NCBI GenBank assembly: GCA_016748015.1
Contig: JAAOMT010000778.1
Coordinates: 128,945-192,944, forward strand
Direction of reading: 5' to 3'
DNA: 64,000 nucleotides
From: Geosiphon pyriformis uo1
Lineage: Eukaryota; Fungi; Glomeromycota
Part shown: in pieces, positions 15,200-26,560 of the stretch
How positions within the stretch are numbered: position 1 is the stretch's first letter
Layout: every line of letters begins with the position of its first letter
Position numbers and translations under genes: made by a program
The notes under the pieces: model-generated
Told to the model about the DNA's origin: nothing
The model's input: only the letters and a program-made list of their open reading frames with translations
The model's database searches: none

Positions 15200-16669
15200 A
15201 TGAGTTTCAATTATAACAATACCAACCCAAATAATCAGCAAAAATTAGGTATAAATAAATACACTATTTTCAAAACAGAGATATCTTTAATCAACATAAA
15301 CAATTATTTCTTGGATTAAAATATTCAAAATGTTTTTTATACTCTTCATAAATATTGGATTAAAAACTATTCAAATATTACTTTGATTATTAAATAACAG
15401 ACCACTATAACTGATAATAATAGAATACATACTGTTATTAAACCAAAAAAAACCATTACCAGAAAAGAAAAAATTGGTAGCAAAATGAATAAATATATGC
15501 TAAAAAGTATAATAACAATGATATTTTTACTTTTTAACACAATTGAAAAAACAATCCAAGAAATCTTGTTTATAAACAAAAACTTGTCATATAAAAGACA
15601 ATTAAACTTCTATGGTTATCTTGGTGAAATTATAGAAGATATAAAACTTATGAAGAAAACAACTTTAAAGATACAGGTAGAAATTTTAGACATTATATAG
15701 TTAAATGTTTCAAGAGTTTTGACTATTGCTAAAAAAACCAAAACTTTTATACAAAGATTTGGTTTCTTGGATACAAATCTCATTTTACCTTAGGTATTAT
15801 ATATTTTATCTACAAAAAACTTTAATAAACAAGTTAGTTTTAAGCTAGACAAAACTCTTTAATTAAATTATCTCATAAATAGCTTGATTTTGCCAGAGTT
15901 CAATCTCTTTGGAGAGGATAATGTTATGGTTAAAATCCATACTTTTTATTAGTTAACATATGTATTAGTCACTAATATCATATAATTAGCTACTCTATTT
16001 TTAGATAGTAATTATTGACTTGATCAATAACTTGACTATTAACCTAATCATTGATCTAATCATTAACTTGATCAATAACTTGATTATTAATCTTATCATT
16101 GACTTGATCATTAACTTAGTCATTGACCACTTTCAATAGCTATATAAGTAATAAGTTTTTTAGCTATAAAAAAACATAATTAAAGTAATAAAATAAAACT
16201 TACTATCAATTATTTTCTTTTATATTGCTTATTTTTTTTTTCCTATTTTCAAATATCTGAACATCTTAGAATAAAAAATTACTTGTTGGCATTCACATAT
16301 CTTATCTTTTTTTTTTCTTGATTTGTATTGTTAGAATTAACTTAAGAAGCAATTGCTTGCTTTTGTAATTTATTGAATAAAAAAACAATTAAAAAGCATA
16401 ACAATACCTGTTATTAATTCTAAAAATTATTGAGTTGAGACATAGAATAATAGCAGTAGTATTATTTTGTTGACAATTACAGACTATTCTTTTATTTTCA
16501 GATTTCCAGAAAAATTTTATAACTGTGATTTTTATAAGACTAATTATGCTATTGAATTTTTACTTATTCAATTTATTTTTATATTGTAATTATCTCTTTG
16601 ATTATTTTCATCACTTTATAATTCTGTTTTCTCTTGCTATCTATTAATTTGTTACTTCAATTTATAATA
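15200..16669 (+). mobile_element. 3' end of a family-A-like gypsy element (A'): ORF3 relic (15296-15952), PPT and LTR (15922-16669)
   Basis: Co-linear with 40640-42051. PPT GGAGAGGATAA is followed by TGTTATG, and the LTR has the 12-bp TGATCATTGACC-type array. Confidence 0.88.
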
Positions 16670-18053
16670 ATATATAACAACTCTACTTTTCAACTTACCA
16701 AAATAAATTTATTGTCAGTATTATTCAATATTATTAAAGATTTAAAATCTAAAATAATAGAATTTAATAACCCAAATAGTCCAAATATTAATATATTTGA
16801 TAAATATAATTTTCAAAATAAAGTATAAAACTATTTTAATAAGTTTGAGTAGACAAAAAAAAAAAAACAGCTAAATATATGGTCTTAAAATATGTGTTGT
16901 TACTCATAGAATATAGAAATTAAATATTAGTACATAAATTAGCCAATCAAAATAGACATAGTAAAAGTGGAATTCCAAGATTCTTTTTAGAGAAATTGCA
17001 GAATTCCAGAATTACAGAATTCCTGTATGAAAAATTACAGAATTTCAGAAATTCTAGGATTCTTGGCTAGAAAATTGAAGAATTCAAGGAATTTTATACA
17101 ATGAAATTTATGTATATATAGCAGTAGTATCAAAAGCTAGAAAATTAGTCAAGAAAACTTAAAATCAATTAGACTTTTAAAGTTTATTAGACTTACAGAT
17201 CATAATTATTAAATATTCTTCCTTTAAAAGATAGAATATTATAACTTGAAGTGAAATTACTTTCATATTAATAAAATTATCTATTATTTTTAAATCCATG
17301 TTATTGTTGTTTGTTTAAAAATCTAATCACTTTTCTATTTATTAACACTTCATGTTGATAAAATCCAATACTTAATCATACTAAAACAATAGCTCTTGAT
17401 TATAGCTATTAATGAAATACTAATTTTTTATTTTTTTTTCTTTATTTCTTTATTTTCTTTTATTCTTTTTATTTTATTTTATTTTATTTTGTTGTTTATT
17501 AAATTGATTAAAAAAATTAAGCACTGAGTTATTGACATCATGGATAGCTTGGTAAAAGACCCAGAAATAAGAGTATAAGATTTATAAATTAACAAATAGC
17601 TTACCAGAAGAGCATGACTGCCAAAATAAACCAGCCATCATGTTGAAGAAAAAAATTTAATGGAATTGCAATTTTGGGAGGCTACTGATAAAACAACTAT
17701 TAAATCTTTGTCTATTATACAAAAGACTCAACCAAAACCTTTAGATAACCAAAACCTTCAAATATTATCAACCATATTAGTTATTAAGCACCAAGTTATG
17801 CATTTGTTATTTGATTTAAAATCCCAAATAATCACTTGTAATATTTGGTGCTCCCTGTAAGGTATAATCCAACAGAGAACCAGTACTAATAACAACCATG
17901 CAGAAAAGTGGCAAACCAAAAAAAAACAAAGAAAAATCACTTAAGATTTGTGAAATTTTTATTTTACCATTACTTTTGTAAAACTTGTTAAATTAAAAAC
18001 TCTAATTATTCAAAACCTGATTATTAAAACCCCAAACATTTGAAACTTACTAT

Positions 18054-21000
18054 TGTTATGGGTAAACTTGGTGGGGTATAGTGATAATATTTGGTGCTCT
18101 AATTTAGTGTTCTAAGATTGTATGTTTTTCATAGGGTTGATGTTTATCAGTCTTTAAAGGTCTTTTCTGAATGTCAATTTACCTGTTGAGTTTTTTGGTT
18201 ATAAGACACAGAGGTTTGATTTTTGCTGATTGCAACTTCTTTAAAAATGTAAACTATTTTTTTCAAGCTAACGAGCACAGTTGTTAAGATCTGGTATTAT
18301 CTTTTTACTCTTCTAGTAAGCTAACAAGATAATGTTAATATCCAAAACTTAGAAAGAGCCTTTCTCTTTTACCAGGCTATCATGAAGTCTATTTCCAGAC
18401 AGTCAATTTTTCTATATTGCTGCTTTACAAGAAAAAAATAAAAAAATAAAATAAAATAAAAGAAAATAAAAGAAAATAAAAAAATAAAAAAAATAAAATA
18501 AGAAATAAATGTCCTGTCAATAGCTATGATCAAGAGCTATTGTGCCAGCAGATTAAGTAATAGATAATAACATGAATTTGAAAAATTGAAGAGATATTTT
18601 ATTGATATAATTCCATTTTGGTTAATAGCAACTATCTTTGAAAGAAAGAGTATTTAATAATTATGACCTGCGAGTCTAATTGACTCTGAAAGTTTAATTG
18701 ACTTCTGAAAGTTTAATTTTCTTTTTGGATGTCTTTTTAACTTCTACAGCTACTCATTTTATACATTCTTTTTGTTTTATAAGATTGTTTCTGATTGTTT
18801 TATTATTGCTAATTATTGCTTTGCTATTTTTGTAATTGCTTCATTTTTCTATGTTATTACTAGTTATTCTATGTTATAATATGTTATCTGGTGTTATTAT
18901 ATGTTATTCTGTGTTATCCTACATTATAATGCATTATCTTGTATTATCCTGCATTATTCTAAGTTATAATGTATTATTCAACATTATTGTATGCTATTTT
19001 GTGTTATGTCACGTTTTGGTCATGTTTTTTCATAACTTTGAATCAGTTTTTCTACTCAGGTAACATTATCTTTTTCTTTTAAAATTGAGCTTCTGCAAAA
19101 TCATAAATTTTTTTTTGTATTAATGTTGTTGCTGTAATTTCTATTGCTATTTTTAAATCTAATTTTATATGTGACTGGGGTTTTTTTTTAACTATAGTGG
19201 TCTGTTTAGAATATTCAAGTTTAAATCTTGCATCTGTATGTCCTCATTATTATTGCTGAATTAAGTTAATTTCTGTTCTATTGTAAGATTTAAAAACATG
19301 ATATATTGTTTGGTGTTTAAAGTAAAGTTTGAATCATTGTTGTCATTGTTGGTGGAGTTTGAATTATTGTTGTTATTATCAGTGGAGTTTGAATTGGAAT
19401 TAAATTCCGATTCCAATTCTTGCTGATTGGTTTATCTTCCTTGGAATTTGAATATATGATGCATAGAAGTAGATTGTAACTTGGAGCTGTTAGGTGAGTT
19501 TTGATGATTTGTTAATCAATTTTGGTACTACTGATTCTCAAATTCCTTTTTTTTCTCTAAGTTTTTTTTGTATTAACACTTTCTCAATGCTGACTTTTGG
19601 CATGAAAAAAGGCAATCTTCACACCAGTAAGTATGAATCTGAGTAGTTTTTTTCTGGAATTTTTCCAATGGGTTTTTAAATAATTGGAATTTTGAATTTC
19701 TAAAGGTTTGATGAGTTTTATCTAAGGTAAGTTTCCTTGTACAATAGCAGGGTTGAACTTATTAGGTTTTAAATATTTAAGTTTTGAATGATCAAGTTTT
19801 GAATAATCAGAGTTTTAACTTTAACAAGTTTTACCAAAGGTAAGTTTTTTTCTACACTAGCAGGGTTAAAATTTATCAAGTTTTGAATGTTCGGATTTTG
19901 AATTATTAGGTCTTAAAGAATTGGAGTTTTAACAAGTTTTATTGAAGGTAAGTTTCTTTATATAATAGCAGAGTTGAAATTATTGGGTTTTGAATAATTT
20001 TTGAAGTTTTTAATTTAATAAGTTTATTATAGATAAGTTTTTTATACAGCAGAGTTGGAATTATCAGGTTTCAAATAATTTTTGGAGTTTTTAATTTAAC
20101 AAGTTTATCAAAAGTAAGTTTTTTATATAATAGTAGGGTTGAAATTATCAGTTTTCGAATAATTTTTGGAGTTTTAATTTTAACAAATTTTTAATGAATT
20201 TATTAATAGTAATTTTTGAATGTTCAGAGTTTTAATGATCAGATCTTGAATAATTGGAGTTTTAATTTAACAAGTTTTTTAAAGGAAATGCTAAAATAAA
20301 AATTTTATGAATCTTAAGTAATTTTTTTCTTGTTTTTTCTTGGTCTTTCACTTTTGTAAATTTCTGGGATGTTCTGTCTTTGTGGATTTTATAACTTTAC
20401 AGGGAGCACCAAATATTATGAATAAACTTGGTAAAGTATGGTAATAACATTTAATGCTCTAATTTAGTGTTCTAAGGTTGTATGTTTTTTACAGAGTTGA
20501 TATTTATCAGTCTTTGAAGATTTTTTTTGGATGTTAATTTATCTGTTGAGTTCTTTGGTTATAAGACACAGAGGTTTGGTTTTTGCTGATTGCAACTTCT
20601 TTAAAAATGTGAACTATCTTTTCCAAGCTAATGAGTGCAGTTGTTAAGATCTGGTGTTGTCTTTTTGCCTTTCTGGTAAACTAACAAGATAATGTTAATA
20701 TCCAAAACTTAGGAGGAGCCTCTTTCTTTTATCAGACTATCACAAAGTCTATTTTCAGACAGTCAATTTTTCTATGTTGCCACTTCACAAAAAAAAAATA
20801 AAAAAATAAAAAAAAAATAAAAAAAAATAAAAAAATAAAGAAAATAAAATAAGAAATAAGTGTCTTGTCAATAGTTATGATAAAGAGCTATTGTGCCAGC
20901 AAGTTAAGTAGTGGATAATAACATGAATTTAAAGAATTGAAGAGATATTTTATTGATATAATTCCATTTTTGTTGATAGCAACTATCCTTGAAAGGAGAA

Positions 21001-21406
21001 GTATTTAATAATTATAACCTGTAAGTTTAATTGACTCTGAAAGTTTAATTGACTTCTGAAAGTTTAATTTTCTTTTTGGATGTCTTTCTAACTTCTACAG
21101 CTACTTATTTTATACATTTTTTTTGTTTTATAAGATTGCTTTTAATTGTTCTGTTATTGCTAACTATTGCTTTGCTATTTCTGTAATTGCTTTATTTTTC
21201 TATATTATTACTAGTTATCCTATGTTATAACATATTATCTGGTGTTATTACATGTTATTCTGTGTTATCTTATATTATAATATATTATCCTGTATTATTC
21301 TAAGTTATAATGCATTATCCAATGTTATTACATACTATTTTGTATTATGTTATGTTTTGGGCATGTTTTTTTATAACTTTGGATTGGTTTTTCTACTCAG
21401 ATAACA
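18054..21406 (-). mobile_element. Non-autonomous LTR retroelement E nested in D
   Basis: LTRs 18054-19065 (3') and 20414-21406 (5'); minus-strand PBS TGGTGCTCCCTGTAA ending at 20411; PPT at 19066-19080; TSD CTAT/CTGT. Confidence 0.9.
19680..20290 (-). repeat. ~80-bp tandem array inside element E, related to the D array
   Basis: Repeated unit AACTTACCTTTGATAAAC...AAATTAAAACTCC...ATTATTCAAAACCC on the minus strand. Confidence 0.8.
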
Positions 21407-21410
21407 CTGT

Positions 21411-22440
21411 TAATAAATTTGTTAAAAAACTTATTAAATTAAAAACTTCAATTATTTAAAACCTGATTATTAAAACCCTAGACATTCAAAAATTACCATT
21501 GATAAATTTGTTAAAACTCATTAAATTAAAAACTCTGATTATTCAAAACCCAATCATTAAAAACCCAAACATTTGAAACTTACCATTAATAAATTTATTA
21601 AAAACTCATTAAATTAAAACTTCGATTATTTAAAATCTGATTATTAAAACTCCAAACATTCAAAAATTACCATTGATAAATTCATTAAAACTCATTAAAT
21701 TAAAAACTCTGATTATTTAAAACCCAATCATTAAAACCCCGAACATTTAAAACTTACTGTTAATAAATTCATTAAAAACTCATTAAATTAAAACTTTGAT
21801 TATTCAAGACCTGATTGTTAAAACCCTGAACATTTGAAAATTACCATTGATAAATTCATTAAAACTTATTAAATTAAAAATGTTAATTATTCAAAACCTG
21901 ATCATTAAAACCCCAAACATTCAAAAAATTACTATTGATAAATTTGTTAAAAACTCATTAAATTAAAAAATACTGATTATTCAAAACCCAATCATTAAAA
22001 CCCTGAACATTCAAAAAATTACCATTGATAAATTTGTTAAAACTCATTAAATTAAAAAATGCCAATTATTCAAAACCCAATCATTAAAACTCCGAACATT
22101 CAAAACTTACCTTTGATAAATTCATTAAAAACTTGTTAAATTAAAATGCCAATTATTCAAAACCCAATTGTTAAAACTCCAAACATTTGAAACTTACCTT
22201 TGATAAACTCATTAAAACTCTGATTATTCAAGACTTGATCATTCAAAAACTCAAACATTCAAAACCTGATAATTTTAACCTGCTATCATACAAAAAAACT
22301 TACCATTGATAAAACTTATTAAACTTTTAGCAATTTAAACTCCAGAAATTATTCAAAAATCCAAACATTCAAAGTTCAATAAATTCCAAATTCACGATTA
22401 TACAAAGAAACTTACCTTTGATAATCCAATAAAATCTAAT
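21411..22440 (+). repeat. 87-bp tandem array (~10 good copies plus degenerate ones) inside element D
   Basis: The TTACCATT anchor recurs at 21493, 21580, 21667, 21754, 21841, 21929, 22019, 22107 and 22194. Confidence 0.92.
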
Positions 22441-22584
22441 TCTCACAGTACCAATAAATCAGCAAAACTCACCTGATGATTCTGAGTAAGAATATTGGAA
22501 CAAAGTCACAATCAACTCCCATGTGTCATATATTCAAAGAAGAGCCAATTAGCAAGAACAAATAGGAATCAGAATCAGAACTTA

Positions 22585-22800
22585 ATTCCAATTTAAACTT
22601 CACTAATGACAGCAATAATTCAAACTTCACTAATGTCAACAACAATTCAAACTCTACTAATGACAACAATGATTTAAACTCTGTTGATAATGACAACAAT
22701 TCAAACTCTGTTGATAACAACAACAATTCAAACTCCACTAAATAACAATGATAATTCAAACTCTGCCAACAACAAATTCAAACTCCACTTCAAACACCAA
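22585..22800 (+). repeat. 27-30-bp tandem array (AATTCAAACTCTACTAATGACAACAAT) inside D
   Basis: About 7 copies; homologous to the N/D/S-rich linker of family B at 32660-32790. Confidence 0.8.
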
Positions 22801-25008
22801 ATAATATATCATGCTTTTAGATCTTACAATAGAGCAGAAATTAACTAAATTCAATGATAATAATAAGGGTATTATGTCTGAACATACATAATACAGATAC
22901 AAAATTTGAAATTGGAGACCACTATAGTTAAAAACCCCAGTCATGTATAAAATTAAAAAAAAAAAACAATAGAAATTACAACAACAACATTAATACAAAA
23001 GAGAGATTTAGAAAATTTCACAGGAGTTCAATATTAAAGGAAAGAATAATATTACTTATAGAATATAGGAATTAAATATTAGTACATAAATTAGCCAATC
23101 AGAATAGACATAGTAAAAGTAGAATTCCAAGATTTCTTTTAGAGAAATTGCAGGATTTTAGAATTACAGGATTCTTATATAAAGAATTACAGAATTCCAA
23201 GAATTCTAAGATTCTTGGCTAGAAAATTGAGGAATTTAAGAAATCTTGTATAATGAAATTTATGTATATATAACAGTAGTATCAAAAGCTAGAAAATTAG
23301 TCAAAAAGACTTAAAGTCAATTAAACTTTCAGAGTTTATTAGACTTGTAAATCATAATTATTAAATACACTTTCTTCAAAAAATAGAATACTATAACTTG
23401 AAGTGAAATCACTCTTATATTAATAAAATTATCCATTATTCTTAAATCCATGTTATTGTTGTTTGTTTGAAAATCCAATCACTTTTCCATTTATCAATAC
23501 TTTATGTTAATAAAATCCAATACTTAACCACACTGAAACAATAACTCTTAATCACAGCTATTGATAGAATACTAAGTTCTTATTTTCTTTTCTTTATTTC
23601 TTTATTTTCTTTTGTTGTTTACTAAATTGATTAAAAGGATTAAGTGCTGAGTTATTAATGTCATAAATAGTCTGGTAAAAAACCCAGAAATAAGGGTATA
23701 AGATTTATAAATTAATGAATAACTTATCAGAAGAGCATAACTACCAGAATAAACTGGTTATTACACTAAAGAAAAAAATTTGACAGAATTGTAATTCCAA
23801 AAGACTACTGATAAAACAACTATTGAATCTCTGTTCATTATATAAAGGACTTAACCAAAACCTTCAGATATCATTAATTATATTAGTTATTAAGCACCAA
23901 ATTATGGGTTTGTTATTTGATTTAAGACTCCAAATAATCATCTGTAATAGTGTATAAACTATTTTCTTGTGAAATTATAGACACTACCAAACTCTTTTAT
24001 AATATTATTTAATGACTTTTTATTGACAATATATGTTATAATAAAAGAATATTATAAAAAAAGACAAAATGTTTAGAAAGATTACAAGTCAATTGAAAAA
24101 ATGTTTTAATAGATAAAATTACTATTTTTTTTTATGCTTTTTGGCCAATTTAATTAGAAAACTGCTTTAATTTTTATGATAACTGCTATTAATATTAATA
24201 ATAAAAAACTTTATAATATTGTTATGATTGAGACTTATACTTCTTATTAATTATCACATGTATTAGCCACTGATGTCATATGATTAGCCACACTATTTTT
24301 AGAAAGTGATCATTGACCTGATCAATGACCTGACCATTAACCTAACCGTCGACCTAATTATTAACCTGATCAATGATCTGATCAATGACCTGATCATTAA
24401 CCTGATTATTGACCTGATTATTGACCACTTTTGATAGTTATATAAGTGATGAATCTCTTAGTTATAGAAAAGCATGTAATAACAAGTATCTAAATAATCA
24501 AAAATAAATAAAATAACAATTTTCATCTTAATTTTTCTCCTATCACTAATTTTTTTTTTCCTACCTTCAAGTATCTGAACATCTTAAAGATAAAAAATTA
24601 CTTGTTGGCCTTTTTCTGACATATATAATTGTAGCATTTGAAGATTATTTGAATAAACATAACTGAAAAACACAAGTTGATATCTGATATTGAATTCTAA
24701 GAGTGCTGATGTAAGGCATAGAATTATACCAGTGGTGATCAATTGTTGACAGTACGGACTATCCCTCTACCTTCAAATTTCCCAGTTATCTTTGAAAAGA
24801 ATAGCAACTGAGATATTTTATGAGACTGATCTTGCACATTGAATCCATACTCATTCAATTCGCTCTTTAAAGTTGAATTCCCCTTTGATTATTTCTATCA
24901 CCCTACAATCCTGTTCTCCTTTGCTATCCATTAGCTTGTTACTCCAACCCATAACATAAAAGTAGTGCTTCCTGTGAGATTGTCAAAATCCACTTTGTTT
25001 TTTATTGT

Positions 25009-26560
25009 ATGAGTGATTATTCATATCTGTCACAATAATCAAAAGAACACTTTAAAGCATACAACAAAAACAATCTAGACTTTATTGAACTTAATTCTTT
25101 GCCCCTCTGCTTGATTTGTTTCCCCATTGAAGAACAATCCAGCAGACAATTCCAAGACTTTTGGAACTGGTTCCTGAATGAGCATTCAGCTGAAATCTAC
25201 ACAGCTTATACAACTTATTACTTTGACCAAGCTTATTTTGAAGACAACTTTGAAGAAAAAAACAACAGTATCAATCAGCTCTTATATTCTACAACCTTTG
25301 AACAACAGCCTCCTGATCTTGAATATCTGAATCATCAAATTTACATTTGGATTGCTGACCATTAATCAATAGTAACTCCCTTTGAAACAGAAGAAAAAAG
25401 CTACCAAACAGCCCCTATTTTTGATCTCTTCTTAAGTGAATCAGAGCACTTCACACAAACAGTTACCCCTAAATCAATAGCTAATGACCCCATGTAAACA
25501 AACATTCTGGCCACTCTCCAAGATATACAAACTGCTCTAAAAGAAGAAACAATACCCCACTACCACTATTTAGAGATGATACACAAGATCCAATTGAATA
25601 ATTGAATGATTTTGAAAGAGCTGCCACAGCCAACCAGTATGATGAAGAATACAAGTTCCAAATCGTTGATGGCTACCTTCAAGGCTCTCCTGCTACCTGG
25701 TTCTCACAGGAAACTGATGCTAATGCTCATCAAAGAATCATTAGATGAATGCCAGCAAATGCCGGAGAAAACAACACTTCTTTCACAACCCAGTTTGAAA
25801 ACAAGTTCAGAACTCCAATCTTGATATCCAAATAGTACATGGAATTAGAAAGAAGAACTCAAGGCCCTGGTGAAATTGTAACTGAATATGCTAAAGCAAT
25901 CAGAAAGTTAATCAAGCATGTAGACTCTAGAAGAAATTGGACAGAAGAGCAAAAGATTCATTCCTTCACAAAAAAATTGAGAACCAATTTATCTTATGCT
26001 CTTTGCCTCTTTTGGCCCTGAAAGACAATCCTACAATAAACATGACCATTGAACTTGCCCAATGAATTGAAGACAACCAAAAAATACATTTGGGATCTAT
26101 ATTTCTAGTTTTTGCTCTTGCTTCTGTTATGGTTCTTGCTCCTTAAATGGCTGCTGTCTCTTTTGCTGCCCAAACTCAAGATTCAAATGAACAATTAATT
26201 GATAGACTCACAGCCAATCTTGCCTGGTTATTAAAACCTTTGGCACAAGCAGTTAGAGATAACCAACAACTACAAAGAACCAGATATGAACCACATTTTA
26301 ATTAGCCCCAGCAACTTCCTTATCAAAAACAGCAAAATCATGGTCCTTCTGTATGTTATAGATGTGGATTAACTGAACATTTCTCAAGAGATTGCAACAA
26401 TCTTCCTTTATCTCCTCCAGTTCCCAAAAATAATGACAATTAAAACAATAGACCCATTAACAATAATGCTCTCAATCAAAGACCCAACCATACCAACATC
26501 AATTTCTTTGGAGAGGATCCTCTAGTTGAAGCCACAGTCTATCAGTCTTTAAACTGATAG
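25009..26560 (+). pseudogene. Family A gag
   Basis: Capsid-like QDPIE.LNDFERAATANQY and RTQGPGEIVTEYAK; knuckle CYRCGLTEHFSRDC; ends SLN followed by stops. Confidence 0.88.

Larger units (their letters stand above)
16898..23949 (+). mobile_element. Non-autonomous LTR retroelement D (LARD/TRIM-like) with family-B-related LTRs
   Basis: LTRs 16898-17843 and 23050-23949; PBS TGGTGCTCCCTGTAAGG at 17846; PPT AAAGGAAAGAATAA; 4-bp TSD GTGT/GTGT; no intact ORF. Confidence 0.92.

Noticed and set aside
21411-22440. CRISPR-like array
   Set aside because: The units are contiguous tandem repeats without unique spacers, the context is eukaryotic, and there are no cas genes.
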